Source: an uncultured virus (IMG/VR IMGVR_UViG_2660237931_000002) (taxonomy: Duplodnaviria > Heunggongvirae > Uroviricota > Caudoviricetes). Taken from it: a DNA stretch of 64,000 bases. The notes under the pieces are model-generated. The model made no database searches. It saw only the letters and a list, made by a program, of their open reading frames with translations, and was not told the DNA's origin. The stretch is from positions 1-64,000 of the IMG/VR virus record IMGVR_UViG_2660237931_000002; one strand, 5' to 3'. Position numbers and translations under genes: made by a program. Below, in pieces: positions 1 to 9,212 of this stretch; the stretch's first letter is position 1; the number at the start of each line of letters is the position of its first letter.

Positions 1-81
1 CAGCCGGAACAGCCGGAACAGCCGGAACAGCCGGAACAGCCGGAACAGCCGGAACAGCCGGAACAGCCGGAACAGCCGGAA
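1..81 (+). repeat. Perfect 9-bp tandem repeat (CAGCCGGAA)x9, runs off window start
   Basis: Nine exact copies 1-81; frame 1 reads (QPE)n. Confidence 0.97.
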
Positions 82-111
82 ACCGTGCCAGAGAAGAAGG
101 CTAAAAAATAA
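1..111 (+). CDS. 3' end of small head-region protein with (QPE)n tail
   Basis: Frame 1: (QPE)9-TVPEKKAKK-TAA, stop overlaps ATG at 111 (translational coupling). Confidence 0.75.
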   Translation, partial: QPEQPEQPEQPEQPEQPEQPEQPEQPETVPEKKAKK

Positions 112-437
112 TGTTAAAACTTGAAGTGGTTAAAGAGCACTGTCGCATTGAGCCTGATTTTACCGATGACGACTCAATATTGACCCTCTACATCGGAGCT
201 GCTTCTCGTTACGTCGAAACATGGACTCGTCGCAAAATGTATGAGTCCGAAACCAGCGAGGGGTATGCAGATGATCCTGATTCAATTCTCCCTGGCGATG
301 ATGTGAAAGCAGCGATGCTTCTGCTTATCGGTCACTGGTACGAAAACCGTGAAACGGTCTCTGTCGGTCAGGCTGCTACAGATATTCCGTTTACTGTCGA
401 GGCACTTCTCCAGCCTTACAAAATTTATGGTATTTAA
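111..437 (+). CDS. Head-tail connector (HK97 gp6-like)
   Basis: LEVVKEHCRI..DD..L, A.LLLIGHWYENRE motifs; position. Confidence 0.92.
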   Translation: MLKLEVVKEHCRIEPDFTDDDSILTLYIGAASRYVETWTRRKMYESETSEGYADDPDSILPGDDVKAAMLLLIGHWYENRETVSVGQAATDIPFTVEALLQPYKIYGI

Positions 438-448
438 GCGGGGGAATT

Positions 449-787
449 ATGCAGGCAGGACGATTACGGCACCGGGTCACCATCCAAAATTTCACCACCA
501 CCAGAACGCCTTCAGGCCAGCCAGTTGAAAATTGGGAAGATGGGAAAACCATCTGGGCCGAGGTTAAGGGGATAAGCGGTCGGGAGCTGTTAGCCGCTGG
601 CGCAGAGCATGCCGATGCGACAATCCGAGTCTGGGTGCGTTTTCGCAGGGATATTTCAGCCTCATCCCGATTGAAGGTCCGTACTGGTCCGTTTAAAGGC
701 GCAGTTCTTAACGTTACCGGGCCTCCGGTTCCGGATATAAAAGGTACCCGGCTGGAAATTCTCTGCAAACAGGGGACCGAAAAATGA
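449..787 (+). CDS. Head closure / head-tail adaptor (SPP1 gp16-like)
   Basis: MQAGRLRHRVTIQ, WAEV..ISGRE motifs. Confidence 0.92.
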   Translation: MQAGRLRHRVTIQNFTTTRTPSGQPVENWEDGKTIWAEVKGISGRELLAAGAEHADATIRVWVRFRRDISASSRLKVRTGPFKGAVLNVTGPPVPDIKGTRLEILCKQGTEK

Positions 788-1233
788 TTGATGTGAATCT
801 GGATTTTTCCGGGTTGCAGGATATTGCCCGCGATCTGCAAACGCTCAGCAAGGCCGAAAATAATAAAGTTCTCCGGGAGTCGACCCGTGCTGGTGCCGAA
901 TTGCTCCGCGAGGAGGTGATTGATCGCGCTCCTGAGAAATCCGGAAAACTGAAGAAAAACGTTGTTGTCGTCACCCAGAAAAGTCGCCGTCGCGGTGAAA
1001 TTTCATCTGGGGTGCATATTCGTGGCGTTAACCCGCGAACGGGGAACAGCGACAATACAATGAAGGCCAGCAACAAGCGGAATGCGTTTTACTGGCGCTT
1101 CGTGGAGTTGGGAACATCTACAGCGCCTGCACATCCGTTTGTTCGCCCAGCTTTTGATACCCGCATGGAAGAAGCTACGCAGGTGGCGATGCAGCGGATG
1201 AATCAGGCTATCGATGAGGTGTTATCAAAATGA
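784..1233 (+). CDS. HK97 gp10-family tail/neck protein
   Basis: AFYWRFVELGTS..PAHPFVRPAFD motif. Confidence 0.92.
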   Translation: MIDVNLDFSGLQDIARDLQTLSKAENNKVLRESTRAGAELLREEVIDRAPEKSGKLKKNVVVVTQKSRRRGEISSGVHIRGVNPRTGNSDNTMKASNKRNAFYWRFVELGTSTAPAHPFVRPAFDTRMEEATQVAMQRMNQAIDEVLSK

Positions 1234-1577
1234 CAGAGGATGATCTCTATGACCTGCTGTCAACGCTGGCAGACGGGCGGGTTTATCCGTATGTGGTGCC
1301 GCTAGGCAGCGACGGACTTCCTGCAGTTTCCACTCCCTATGTCATTTTCTCGATACCGACTGATGTTGCCGGGGATGTTTTCTGCGGCCAGGCAGAGTCG
1401 ACACTGCGCATTCAGGTTGATGTATGGGCTGAAACGAATGACGAAGCCAGAGCGTTACGCCTGGACGCCCTGGCTCGCCTGCAGGTTCTTTCACCTGTCG
1501 AGGTGACAAAAATTCCTGGCTACGACACGACAACCCATCTTCATCGGGCAACCCTCGAAATAACGGTCATTGCCTGA
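1230..1577 (+). CDS. Tail terminator (DUF3168-like)
   Basis: RVYP..P, QVDVWA motifs; position before tail tube. Confidence 0.85.
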   Translation: MTEDDLYDLLSTLADGRVYPYVVPLGSDGLPAVSTPYVIFSIPTDVAGDVFCGQAESTLRIQVDVWAETNDEARALRLDALARLQVLSPVEVTKIPGYDTTTHLHRATLEITVIA

Positions 1578-1596
1578 CAAAAACCAATCCAATCCG

Positions 1597-1616
1597 ACCG
1601 CCGCTGGCGGTTTTTT
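1597..1616 (+). terminator. Rho-independent terminator-like hairpin
   Basis: ACCGCC-gct-GGCGGT followed by T run. Confidence 0.7.
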
Positions 1617-1633
1617 CATTTATGGAGGCTGCG

Positions 1634-2338
1634 ATGTCAGCACTATTTGAACGTGTCCAAAAAACGGTAGTAATGATTACCTCTGTGCCGGTCACCTCGG
1701 CAGAGCTGGATACCGCAACCTGGTTAAACCTGAGTTGCACTATCAAACAGGCAAGCTTTACCGCTGGTCAGAAAAACGATATTGACGTGACAACGCTCTG
1801 TTCGGATGAAACGGAAAATATCAACGGCCTTCCTGCTCCGTCTGAAATGTCACTTTCCGGTAACTTCTACCGCAACCCGGCGCAGGATGCACTTCGTGAA
1901 GCATATGATAACGACGGGGTTTATGGGTTTAAGGTTATTTTCCCGTCTGGTAATGGATTCCTGATGCGCGCTGAGGTACGTCAGCACACCTGGGATTCTC
2001 AAACCAATGGTGTAGTTGCTGCAACGTTCTCGCTGCGTCTGAAAGGTAAACCCACCAATATTAACGCCCCAGGAGTTCTGTCGTTTGCTACTGACCTTCC
2101 GGCGTCCCAAACGGTCGCGGCAGGAAGCGCCCTGACCATGGGCGTGGTCGTCCAGGGCGGTACGGCACCTTATACCTACGCCTGGAAAAAGGGCACATCG
2201 ACGGTCAGCGGCCAGACCAGCGCAACGTTTACGAAAGCCAGCGCTGTATCCGGTGATGCCGGGGTTTATTCCTGCGTGGTTACTGATGCCGATGGCACTG
2301 TGATCACTTCTTCTGATTGCACCGTCACCATCAATTAA
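1634..2338 (+). CDS. Major tail tube protein with C-terminal Ig-like domain
   Basis: IDVTTLCS..E..GL motif; C-terminal GGTAPYTYAWKK..DAGVYSCVVTD Ig-like repeat; GGAGG RBS before ATG 1634. Confidence 0.9.
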   Translation: MSALFERVQKTVVMITSVPVTSAELDTATWLNLSCTIKQASFTAGQKNDIDVTTLCSDETENINGLPAPSEMSLSGNFYRNPAQDALREAYDNDGVYGFKVIFPSGNGFLMRAEVRQHTWDSQTNGVVAATFSLRLKGKPTNINAPGVLSFATDLPASQTVAAGSALTMGVVVQGGTAPYTYAWKKGTSTVSGQTSATFTKASAVSGDAGVYSCVVTDADGTVITSSDCTVTIN

Positions 2339-2368
2339 CGGAGCGCCGGGAGACCGGCGATAAAATTA

Positions 2369-2773
2369 ATGTCAAAACCGAGTCTTAAAGCACTGGCACT
2401 GGCACCGATGGCGGGCTTTCGTAAAAAAGAAGTCTCCGTTCCGGAGTGGGATAACGCCAAAGTCATCATTCGTGAGCCATCAGCAGAAGCCTGGATTCGC
2501 TGGCAGGGCATTGCCAGCCCGGAACCACCCAAACTACCGGAAGGGCAGGAGCCCCAGGAGGCACCAGAACTGACCCCTTCAGAACGAGCCTTCCGCACGA
2601 TGCGGGCCGACGTCACGCTTTTCATCGATATTTTGCTGGATACCGACCTGCAGCCCGTCTTTACTGTCGATGACACCGAACAGGTTGAAGCGATCTATGG
2701 CCCTGTGCATTCCCGGCTGTTGAAGCAGGCACTTGATCTCATTCGTGACGCGGATGATGCTAAAGCAAAGTAA
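2369..2773 (+). CDS. Tail assembly chaperone (G-like)
   Basis: V.VPEW..AKV.IREPS motif; between tube and tape measure. Confidence 0.88.
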   Translation: MSKPSLKALALAPMAGFRKKEVSVPEWDNAKVIIREPSAEAWIRWQGIASPEPPKLPEGQEPQEAPELTPSERAFRTMRADVTLFIDILLDTDLQPVFTVDDTEQVEAIYGPVHSRLLKQALDLIRDADDAKAK

Positions 2774-2775
2774 AA

Positions 2776-3081
2776 ATGCCTGGCATGCAGTTCCTGATGG
2801 CGCTGGCGCTCCGGATGGGCCGCACGCTGGGCGAACTGCGACAAACCATGACGGTCGGCGAATTCAGGATGTGGGCTGAATACGATCGTATCAGCCCGAT
2901 CGGTGATATCCGTGGCGATATTCTCAATGCTCAGCTGGTATCAGCGGTTTACGGGGCGCAGGGCGGTAAAGTCACCATTGAAGAGGCTCAGCTTCAGTGG
3001 AGTACAGAAGAAGATGAGGCAAGCGACAGCGGCGATCCATTTGCCGGGTTAGAAGCCGCTTTGCTCGCCGCTTCGGAATAA
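2776..3081 (+). CDS. Tail assembly chaperone T-like (probable GT frameshift extension)
   Basis: FLMALALRMGRTL.EL..M...EF..W; in -1 frame relative to G. Confidence 0.85.
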   Translation: MPGMQFLMALALRMGRTLGELRQTMTVGEFRMWAEYDRISPIGDIRGDILNAQLVSAVYGAQGGKVTIEEAQLQWSTEEDEASDSGDPFAGLEAALLAASE

Positions 3082-3273
3082 AATCGAATTATCTCCAGCC
3101 TCGCTTCACCGTGGGGCTTTTCTATATCTGCAATTTAAAGCGCATTCGCGTGCGCATCTTCCAGCAAGAGCTTTCCGTAGTGTGAGTCTGAGACAGGGCG
3201 GTGGTTATCATCGTTCCGCTCTTGGCTGCCCATGTCTACGCGAACAGGCTCGCACCACAGAAAGGTAAATACG

Positions 3274-3804
3274 ATGAAATATCCAACCGTATCAGTAAAC
3301 GGCGTTTCAGTTCGTGTTGATGACTATGGACGTTACAGTCTGAATGACCTGCACGCCTCCGCTGTAGGCAGTGGTCAGGCCAAAGAAAATCAGGGACCAA
3401 GTCAGTTCCTCCGCTCCAAAAAGGTTAAAGATTTCGTTCAAACATTAGCCAGAATGCAAAAATGCACTCTGGAAGAAAATCAACCAGTTAAGGTTATTAA
3501 CGGCGGCGTAAACCAAGGTGTATGGGCCCTGGAAATTGTTGCAATACGCTATGCCGCATGGCTCAGTGCTGAGTTTGAGATCCGGGTTTACCAAACCTTT
3601 CAGTCTCTTGTTCGACAGGGCTTTGATGCTATGGCCCGCTTAAATAAAATTGACCATGTGATAAACACCGAAACCAAGGAAGTGAGCCAGTGTGCAAGCC
3701 GTATGGGCAAATGGGGGGCGGGAGGACGGAAACGCCTACTCTTGGCAGCTCGCACCCGTGTGGTTGATGAGGTTCAAATGTATCTGCCTGGATTTGAGGC
3801 GTGA
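3274..3804 (+). CDS. KilA-N domain protein (moron)
   Basis: GRYSLNDLH, PSQFLR, GG..QGVW...IAIRYAAWLSAEFEIRVY motifs. Confidence 0.88.
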   Translation: MKYPTVSVNGVSVRVDDYGRYSLNDLHASAVGSGQAKENQGPSQFLRSKKVKDFVQTLARMQKCTLEENQPVKVINGGVNQGVWALEIVAIRYAAWLSAEFEIRVYQTFQSLVRQGFDAMARLNKIDHVINTETKEVSQCASRMGKWGAGGRKRLLLAARTRVVDEVQMYLPGFEA

Positions 3805-4000
3805 CACCCTCAAATCCGTGGTTTTTGAGATAGCTCACTCAGGTGGGCTTTCATCGATACACGGGGACTAACAACAGTGATCCTTTTTAAGGCTTAGAAG
3901 CCGCTTTGCTCGCAGCATCAGCTTGAACAAACAATGATAGCTGAAGTTTTACATAACCAATGGTAGGATTTACCCATATCCTTACCAATAGGGGCGCTGT

Positions 4001-4384
4001 GTGAAAAAATTAATAGTTTTGGCATTATCCATTTTATTTCTGGCAGGATGTAAACCCAGCGACGAAAAAGCAATAGATATTGCCAAAAAGGAAGTTGCTG
4101 CTGACATGAAAGATCCAGATAGTGCAAAGTTTCGCTATCTAAGGTTTGTAAAAGCAGGTGAAAAAGATGGACTGGTTGCCGGATTTGTTTGTGGTGAAAT
4201 AAATTCAAAAAATAGTTTCGGAGCCTATGCTGGTTATTCAAAGTTTCAGCTGGCATTAACAATGAAATCGAAAGGTTTTTTCTCTAAAGGCGTAAACTAT
4301 ACCATTGATGATAAGAAGATATACAAGGCCCTCATTGGGTCTGATTTGGATTTGTATTATAAGGTATGCGGTCAGGATGAATGA
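4001..4384 (+). CDS. AT-rich lipoprotein moron
   Basis: Lipobox LAGC; KDPDSAKFR and VCGEINSKNSFGAYAG motifs; terminator at ~4412-4440. Confidence 0.85.
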   Translation: MKKLIVLALSILFLAGCKPSDEKAIDIAKKEVAADMKDPDSAKFRYLRFVKAGEKDGLVAGFVCGEINSKNSFGAYAGYSKFQLALTMKSKGFFSKGVNYTIDDKKIYKALIGSDLDLYYKVCGQDE

Positions 4385-4451
4385 TTGATTAAACTAACAA
4401 ATTAGATTAAGAGCCTCGCGTAAGCGGGGCTTTTTTTTTAGAGGAATAGCA

Positions 4452-7400
4452 ATGGCAACCCTTCGCGAATTAATTATAAAAGTTTCAGCTAATTCTCAGT
4501 CCTTTCAGACCGAGATCGCTCGCGCATCTCGCATGGGGGCCGATTATTATAAGACAATGCAACGGGGTGGGCGGCAGGCGGCTGTTTCCGCACGCGAGAC
4601 AAGACAGGCGCTAGCCGAAGTATCTGCACAATTATCAGAAACTAAAAGTGCAGCTATGGGTATGGCTGGTGCGTTTGCCGGAGTTTTTGCGACCGGGCAC
4701 CTTATCGCTCTTGCTGATGAGTGGAGTTCTGTGAATGCACGTCTAAAACAGGCGTCAACATCAACCGATGATTTCTCCAATTCCCAACGATTACTTATGG
4801 ATATCAGCCAGAAAACAGGGACAGCGTTCAGTGATAACGCAGGTTTATTTTCTCGTTCGGCAGCATCCATGCGTGAGTTTGGCTATTCCTCTGGCGATGT
4901 ACTGAAAGTCACCGAGGCTATCAGCACGGGCCTTAAATTATCCGGGGCCAGCACGTCAGAGGCCAGTTCAGTTATCACACAATTCAGCCAGGCGCTGGCG
5001 CAGGGGGTATTGCGCGGGGAGGAGTTCAACTCTGTTAACGAAAACGGTGATCGGATCATCCGTGCCTTAGCGGCAGGTATGGGCGTTGCCCGCAAAGACC
5101 TCAAGGCGATGGCTGATAACGGACTGTTGACAATAGATAAAGTGGTTCCGGCTATTACCGCTCAGTTACGGGTGATGCAGGCTGAATTTGATGCAATGCC
5201 AAAAACAGTATCAGCCTCGACTCAAAAGGTTGAAAACGCCTTTATGGCCTGGGTGGGCGGTACAAATGATGCATACGGTGCCTCCGCTGTGCTTGCTGGT
5301 GGTCTTGATTCATTGGCTGAGAACATTGATACCGTAGCAATGGCTGCAGGAGCGTTAACGGCTGTGGGCGTGACCCGGTTTCTGGGAAACTGGACGCTTC
5401 AACTGAAATCACACACCGAAGAGCTAATTAGGGCCAGAGGGGCGGAAATTTTCAGCACTGCGGCTAAAATCGAAGGAGCAAACGCCTCACTTGTTCAGAT
5501 TGAAACGGAAAAATCGTTACTTCTGTCTAATCAGCGCTCACTAGTGGCTCAACTTGAACTGGCGCAGACGGAAAAACAACGCGCATCCATCAGGACACTG
5601 CTTGCAAGAAACTCAATGGAGATGGTCAAAGCGAATAAAGCGGAAACCGCCACGGTCAATGAGCTGTCAATAGCAAATCAGCGGCTTAATGCGCTCACCT
5701 CTGTAACGAGAACCGCATGGGCTGGCGTATCATCCCTCTTTGGTGGCATTCCTGGGATTTTGATGCTGGGTGCAGGTGCCTGGTATACATGGTATCAGAA
5801 CCAGGAACAGGCGCGTCAGTCTGCGATACAGTATGCCTCCACCCTTGATGAGGTGGTGGAAAAGGCGAAAGCCATGAGCGAAATTCAAATCAGAGGCTCT
5901 ATTGCTGATTCTGGTGACTCCATTGACGCGCTCAAAGATAAGCTGGAAGACTTGAGGGATGCTCAAGCCGAGGCCGCTGCTGAAGTTCAGAAATATACGT
6001 CTCTCGCTCGACAGATGGGTGTTCAGAATGATCAAAATAATGGTTACGTACAGAACGCTGCTAAATATCAGCGGGAATATAATAAAATATCCCGAGATAT
6101 TGCTGATACTACATCTCAATTAAACAATGCTGTAGATGCGCAAAATAAGTTACAAACTGAGTTAGCCTCAAAAGTTCAGGCATCGGCAGTCGCTTTTGAC
6201 AAAATAAAAAGTTCGATAATTGGTGCGCTGAATGTTAATGAAGCAATGGCAACATCGCTGTCAGTTACCATTCAATTCATGGACGAATTAAAAAAGCGTT
6301 CTGGGAACGGCCAGCCCCCAGCACCCCAAACCAATACAGCTTACGATAATTTTATAAAGCAACAGAAGGAGAGCATAGCCCTCTCTCAGAAAGAAGGTGT
6401 AGAGCGGGCCAAGCTTAAAGCTCTTCAAGATGCCATCAAACAGGGAGCGGTTAGAACTGATAATAAAGGTAATATTTTACCTGGGCAGGATGAGCAGATC
6501 GCAGCTATTCAAGGTAATGCTGCTACAGACTTTAAACTTAACGAATCGCAAAAAAAACCTCGCGGAAAGTCAGAGGTAGAAAAAAATGAAGATGCATATA
6601 CCCGTATTGTTAAACAACAAGAAGAACAGATTGCACTCGCCGGACAAAGCAATGAACTGGCAAAAATAAAATATCAGATAGTTCAGGGGGAGTTAGCCTC
6701 ACTCGATCGAGCTAAAAAAGAAACTATTCTGCATAATGCTGCGCTTATCGATCAGAAAAATATCGCTGAACAGTTAAAAACATTCCGCGAAGGTCTGGCC
6801 GACAGTAATGCTGCCGCCCGGGAAAGGGGGAATATCGATTTCCTCGGCGCGGGACAGGGGGATAAAGCCCGTGACCGAATGAAGGAAATGGCGGATATTC
6901 GTGCTGATTTTCTCAGGCAGCAGCGTGACTTACAGCGTGATTTCAGTCGTGGGCAGATTTCCGAAGACCTGTATAAAAAGCAAACGGAAGCGCTTAAAAC
7001 AGCGCTTGCCGAACGCCTGGATATTCAGGAGGAGTATTACAAAAAAACCGATGAACAGCAGTCAGACTGGCGCGCGGGGATCAGCGATTCCCTGATGAAC
7101 TATGCCGATCAGGCTTCTGATCTGAGTTCAATGGCTGCCACTGCAACCAGCGAGATTCTGGATGCCACCACTAACTCTATCTCCAACAACCTGACAAACG
7201 TCCTGACAGGCGCTGCTTCGTTTAAAGATGGGATGTCGAATATTTTTTCTTCCCTGGGCGAAACGGTGATTAAGACGCTGATCCAGATGGCAACACAGGC
7301 GTTGATCACTAAAGCGATTATGGCGTCATTTGGCGGCGGAGCGGGTGGGTTGTTCGGTAGTCTTTTTGGCGGTGCCAGCGGTGCGGCAAGTAGTGGTACC

Positions 7401-7862
7401 GCTATTCAAAGCGCGGGAGCTAATTTTTCATTTAACGCTCTCGGAGGCGTTTACGATTCTCCGTCACTTTCTGCCTACAGCAATGGTGTTTACAGCACTC
7501 CCCAATATTTTGCGTTTGCGAAAGGTGCGGGTGTATTCGGCGAGGCCGGGCCGGAAGCCATCATGCCGCTTACCCGTGGTGCTGATGGTTCGCTGGGGGT
7601 CAAAGCTGTTGGGCGGGAATCGCCGGCGGTACAGAACGCTGCGAGGCAGCAGCAGGAAAGACAACTTCTTTCAACTGGTGACATCAACGTCAATTACCAC
7701 CTCATTGGTAAACCGGATGATGTGATGATGCAGACATTGGATGTCCACGGCCGCCGCCTGGCTAAACAGATAAAATCTGAACTGACGAGCGACGTAAACA
7801 ATCCTCAAAATGCCTTCGGTAGAGCTCTTTACTCCAACCTTCAGCCCAAAAAACCACGATAA
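4452..7862 (+). CDS. Tail tape measure protein
   Basis: 1136 aa, Ala-rich helical; QFSQAL..GVLRGEEFNSV and GEAGPEAIMPL motifs. Confidence 0.95.
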   Translation: MATLRELIIKVSANSQSFQTEIARASRMGADYYKTMQRGGRQAAVSARETRQALAEVSAQLSETKSAAMGMAGAFAGVFATGHLIALADEWSSVNARLKQASTSTDDFSNSQRLLMDISQKTGTAFSDNAGLFSRSAASMREFGYSSGDVLKVTEAISTGLKLSGASTSEASSVITQFSQALAQGVLRGEEFNSVNENGDRIIRALAAGMGVARKDLKAMADNGLLTIDKVVPAITAQLRVMQAEFDAMPKTVSASTQKVENAFMAWVGGTNDAYGASAVLAGGLDSLAENIDTVAMAAGALTAVGVTRFLGNWTLQLKSHTEELIRARGAEIFSTAAKIEGANASLVQIETEKSLLLSNQRSLVAQLELAQTEKQRASIRTLLARNSMEMVKANKAETATVNELSIANQRLNALTSVTRTAWAGVSSLFGGIPGILMLGAGAWYTWYQNQEQARQSAIQYASTLDEVVEKAKAMSEIQIRGSIADSGDSIDALKDKLEDLRDAQAEAAAEVQKYTSLARQMGVQNDQNNGYVQNAAKYQREYNKISRDIADTTSQLNNAVDAQNKLQTELASKVQASAVAFDKIKSSIIGALNVNEAMATSLSVTIQFMDELKKRSGNGQPPAPQTNTAYDNFIKQQKESIALSQKEGVERAKLKALQDAIKQGAVRTDNKGNILPGQDEQIAAIQGNAATDFKLNESQKKPRGKSEVEKNEDAYTRIVKQQEEQIALAGQSNELAKIKYQIVQGELASLDRAKKETILHNAALIDQKNIAEQLKTFREGLADSNAAARERGNIDFLGAGQGDKARDRMKEMADIRADFLRQQRDLQRDFSRGQISEDLYKKQTEALKTALAERLDIQEEYYKKTDEQQSDWRAGISDSLMNYADQASDLSSMAATATSEILDATTNSISNNLTNVLTGAASFKDGMSNIFSSLGETVIKTLIQMATQALITKAIMASFGGGAGGLFGSLFGGASGAASSGTAIQSAGANFSFNALGGVYDSPSLSAYSNGVYSTPQYFAFAKGAGVFGEAGPEAIMPLTRGADGSLGVKAVGRESPAVQNAARQQQERQLLSTGDINVNYHLIGKPDDVMMQTLDVHGRRLAKQIKSELTSDVNNPQNAFGRALYSNLQPKKPR

Positions 7863-7882
7863 CCTGCCCGGAGGGAATATTC

Positions 7883-8356
7883 ATGGCAGATATTTTCTAC
7901 CCGGACGAATACGTGCCCATGCCGCTTATGGACGGGTACGGGTTTAAGCCCATATCACCTTTACTGCGAACGGAGATGACGTCCGGTCGCGCTCAACAAC
8001 GAAGGCGATATACCTCAACACCCACCCAGGCATCAGTTAAATGGATTTTTAAAACTGATGCTCTGGCGCAGGTGTTTGAGGCGTTTTTCAGGGATGCGCT
8101 TAAAGATGGCCAGTCCTGGTTCTATCTGAAACTCCAGACTCCCATCGGGGTAAAGCCCTATAAAGCCAGGTTCGTGGATATTTACGAAGGGCCGACGCTG
8201 GTCGCGCCAAAATACTGGCAGTACAGCGCAACGCTGGAATTATGGGAACGCCCGTTACCGCCTTCTGGCTGGGGGAATTACCCGGAATGGCTGGCTGGCC
8301 AGTCGTTACTGGATATTGCGCTAAATAGAGAGTGGCCGAAGCATGACAATTCTTGA
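7883..8356 (+). CDS. Distal tail-like protein
   Basis: RTEMTSGRA.QRRRY motif; follows tape measure. Confidence 0.8.
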   Translation: MADIFYPDEYVPMPLMDGYGFKPISPLLRTEMTSGRAQQRRRYTSTPTQASVKWIFKTDALAQVFEAFFRDALKDGQSWFYLKLQTPIGVKPYKARFVDIYEGPTLVAPKYWQYSATLELWERPLPPSGWGNYPEWLAGQSLLDIALNREWPKHDNS

Positions 8357-8819
8357 GCGGCTATATGCCAGCAGCGGATCGGAGGTTATTCACGATACGC
8401 TGCAGATATCGGCAGGAGATGATAACTACTGGCTAACCAGTGGCTGGGATGACGTTTCAGTGACGCTGGAAAATGGTCAGCCGGTGACGTTTGAGGCCAG
8501 CGCGATAGATATCGCCTTACCAGCCAGGAACGCCGACGGGACACAGGATTTAAAGTTTGCTATCAGCAATATTGACGGACGGGTTTCAGAGGCGATCGAT
8601 AAAATTCTGGATGAAATGAAATCAGCTACGCTGACATTCCGGCGGTACATTTCATCCGATCTGTCTGCTCCGGCATCATCACCGTATACGCTCGATATCA
8701 AATCCGGCTCCTGGACCCCGACAGCAGTTCAGGTCACGGCAGGCTATATGAATGTCCTCAAAACAGCCTGGCCCCGTAAACGTTACAACCTCGCCGAGCA
8801 TCCGGGCTTACGTTACTAA
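8343..8819 (+). CDS. Minor tail protein (DUF1833-like)
   Basis: LERLYASSG..., FEASAIDIALP, tail-tip position. Confidence 0.8.
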   Translation: MTILERLYASSGSEVIHDTLQISAGDDNYWLTSGWDDVSVTLENGQPVTFEASAIDIALPARNADGTQDLKFAISNIDGRVSEAIDKILDEMKSATLTFRRYISSDLSAPASSPYTLDIKSGSWTPTAVQVTAGYMNVLKTAWPRKRYNLAEHPGLRY

Positions 8820-8831
8820 CCTGAGGCAAAT

Positions 8832-9212
8832 ATGTTTACTCCTGATAAATACCGTTCAGTCACCTGGCTGAAGGGCGGGCGCGTATTTCCGCAGCTCGAC
8901 TGCTTCGGCATTGTAAATGAGATACGTCGCGACCTTGGGCTACCTGAATGGCCGGATTTTGCAGGTGTGACCAAAGACGGCGGGGGCCTCGACCGGGAAG
9001 CGAGAAAGCTGATGCTTTCGCTGAAATCTTGTGAACCCTGTGAAGGTGCCGGAGTGGCTTGCTATTCGGGCTCAACAGTTTCCCATGTCGGGATCGTTGT
9101 GATGCTCGATAACCAGCTGCAGGTCGCGGAATGTAATCCAGGCTCTGGGGTTACGTTTCTGCCACTGGCGCGATTTATCCGCCGCTTTAACCGCGTGGAG
9201 TTCTGGCAATGA
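8832..9212 (+). CDS. NlpC/P60-like tail tip assembly protein
   Basis: GGR....LDCFG and HVGIV catalytic Cys/His motifs. Confidence 0.85.
   Translation: MFTPDKYRSVTWLKGGRVFPQLDCFGIVNEIRRDLGLPEWPDFAGVTKDGGGLDREARKLMLSLKSCEPCEGAGVACYSGSTVSHVGIVVMLDNQLQVAECNPGSGVTFLPLARFIRRFNRVEFWQ

Noticed and set aside
1..81. Repeat as CRISPR array
   Set aside because: Contiguous 9-bp units without spacers, in a coding frame; no cas genes.
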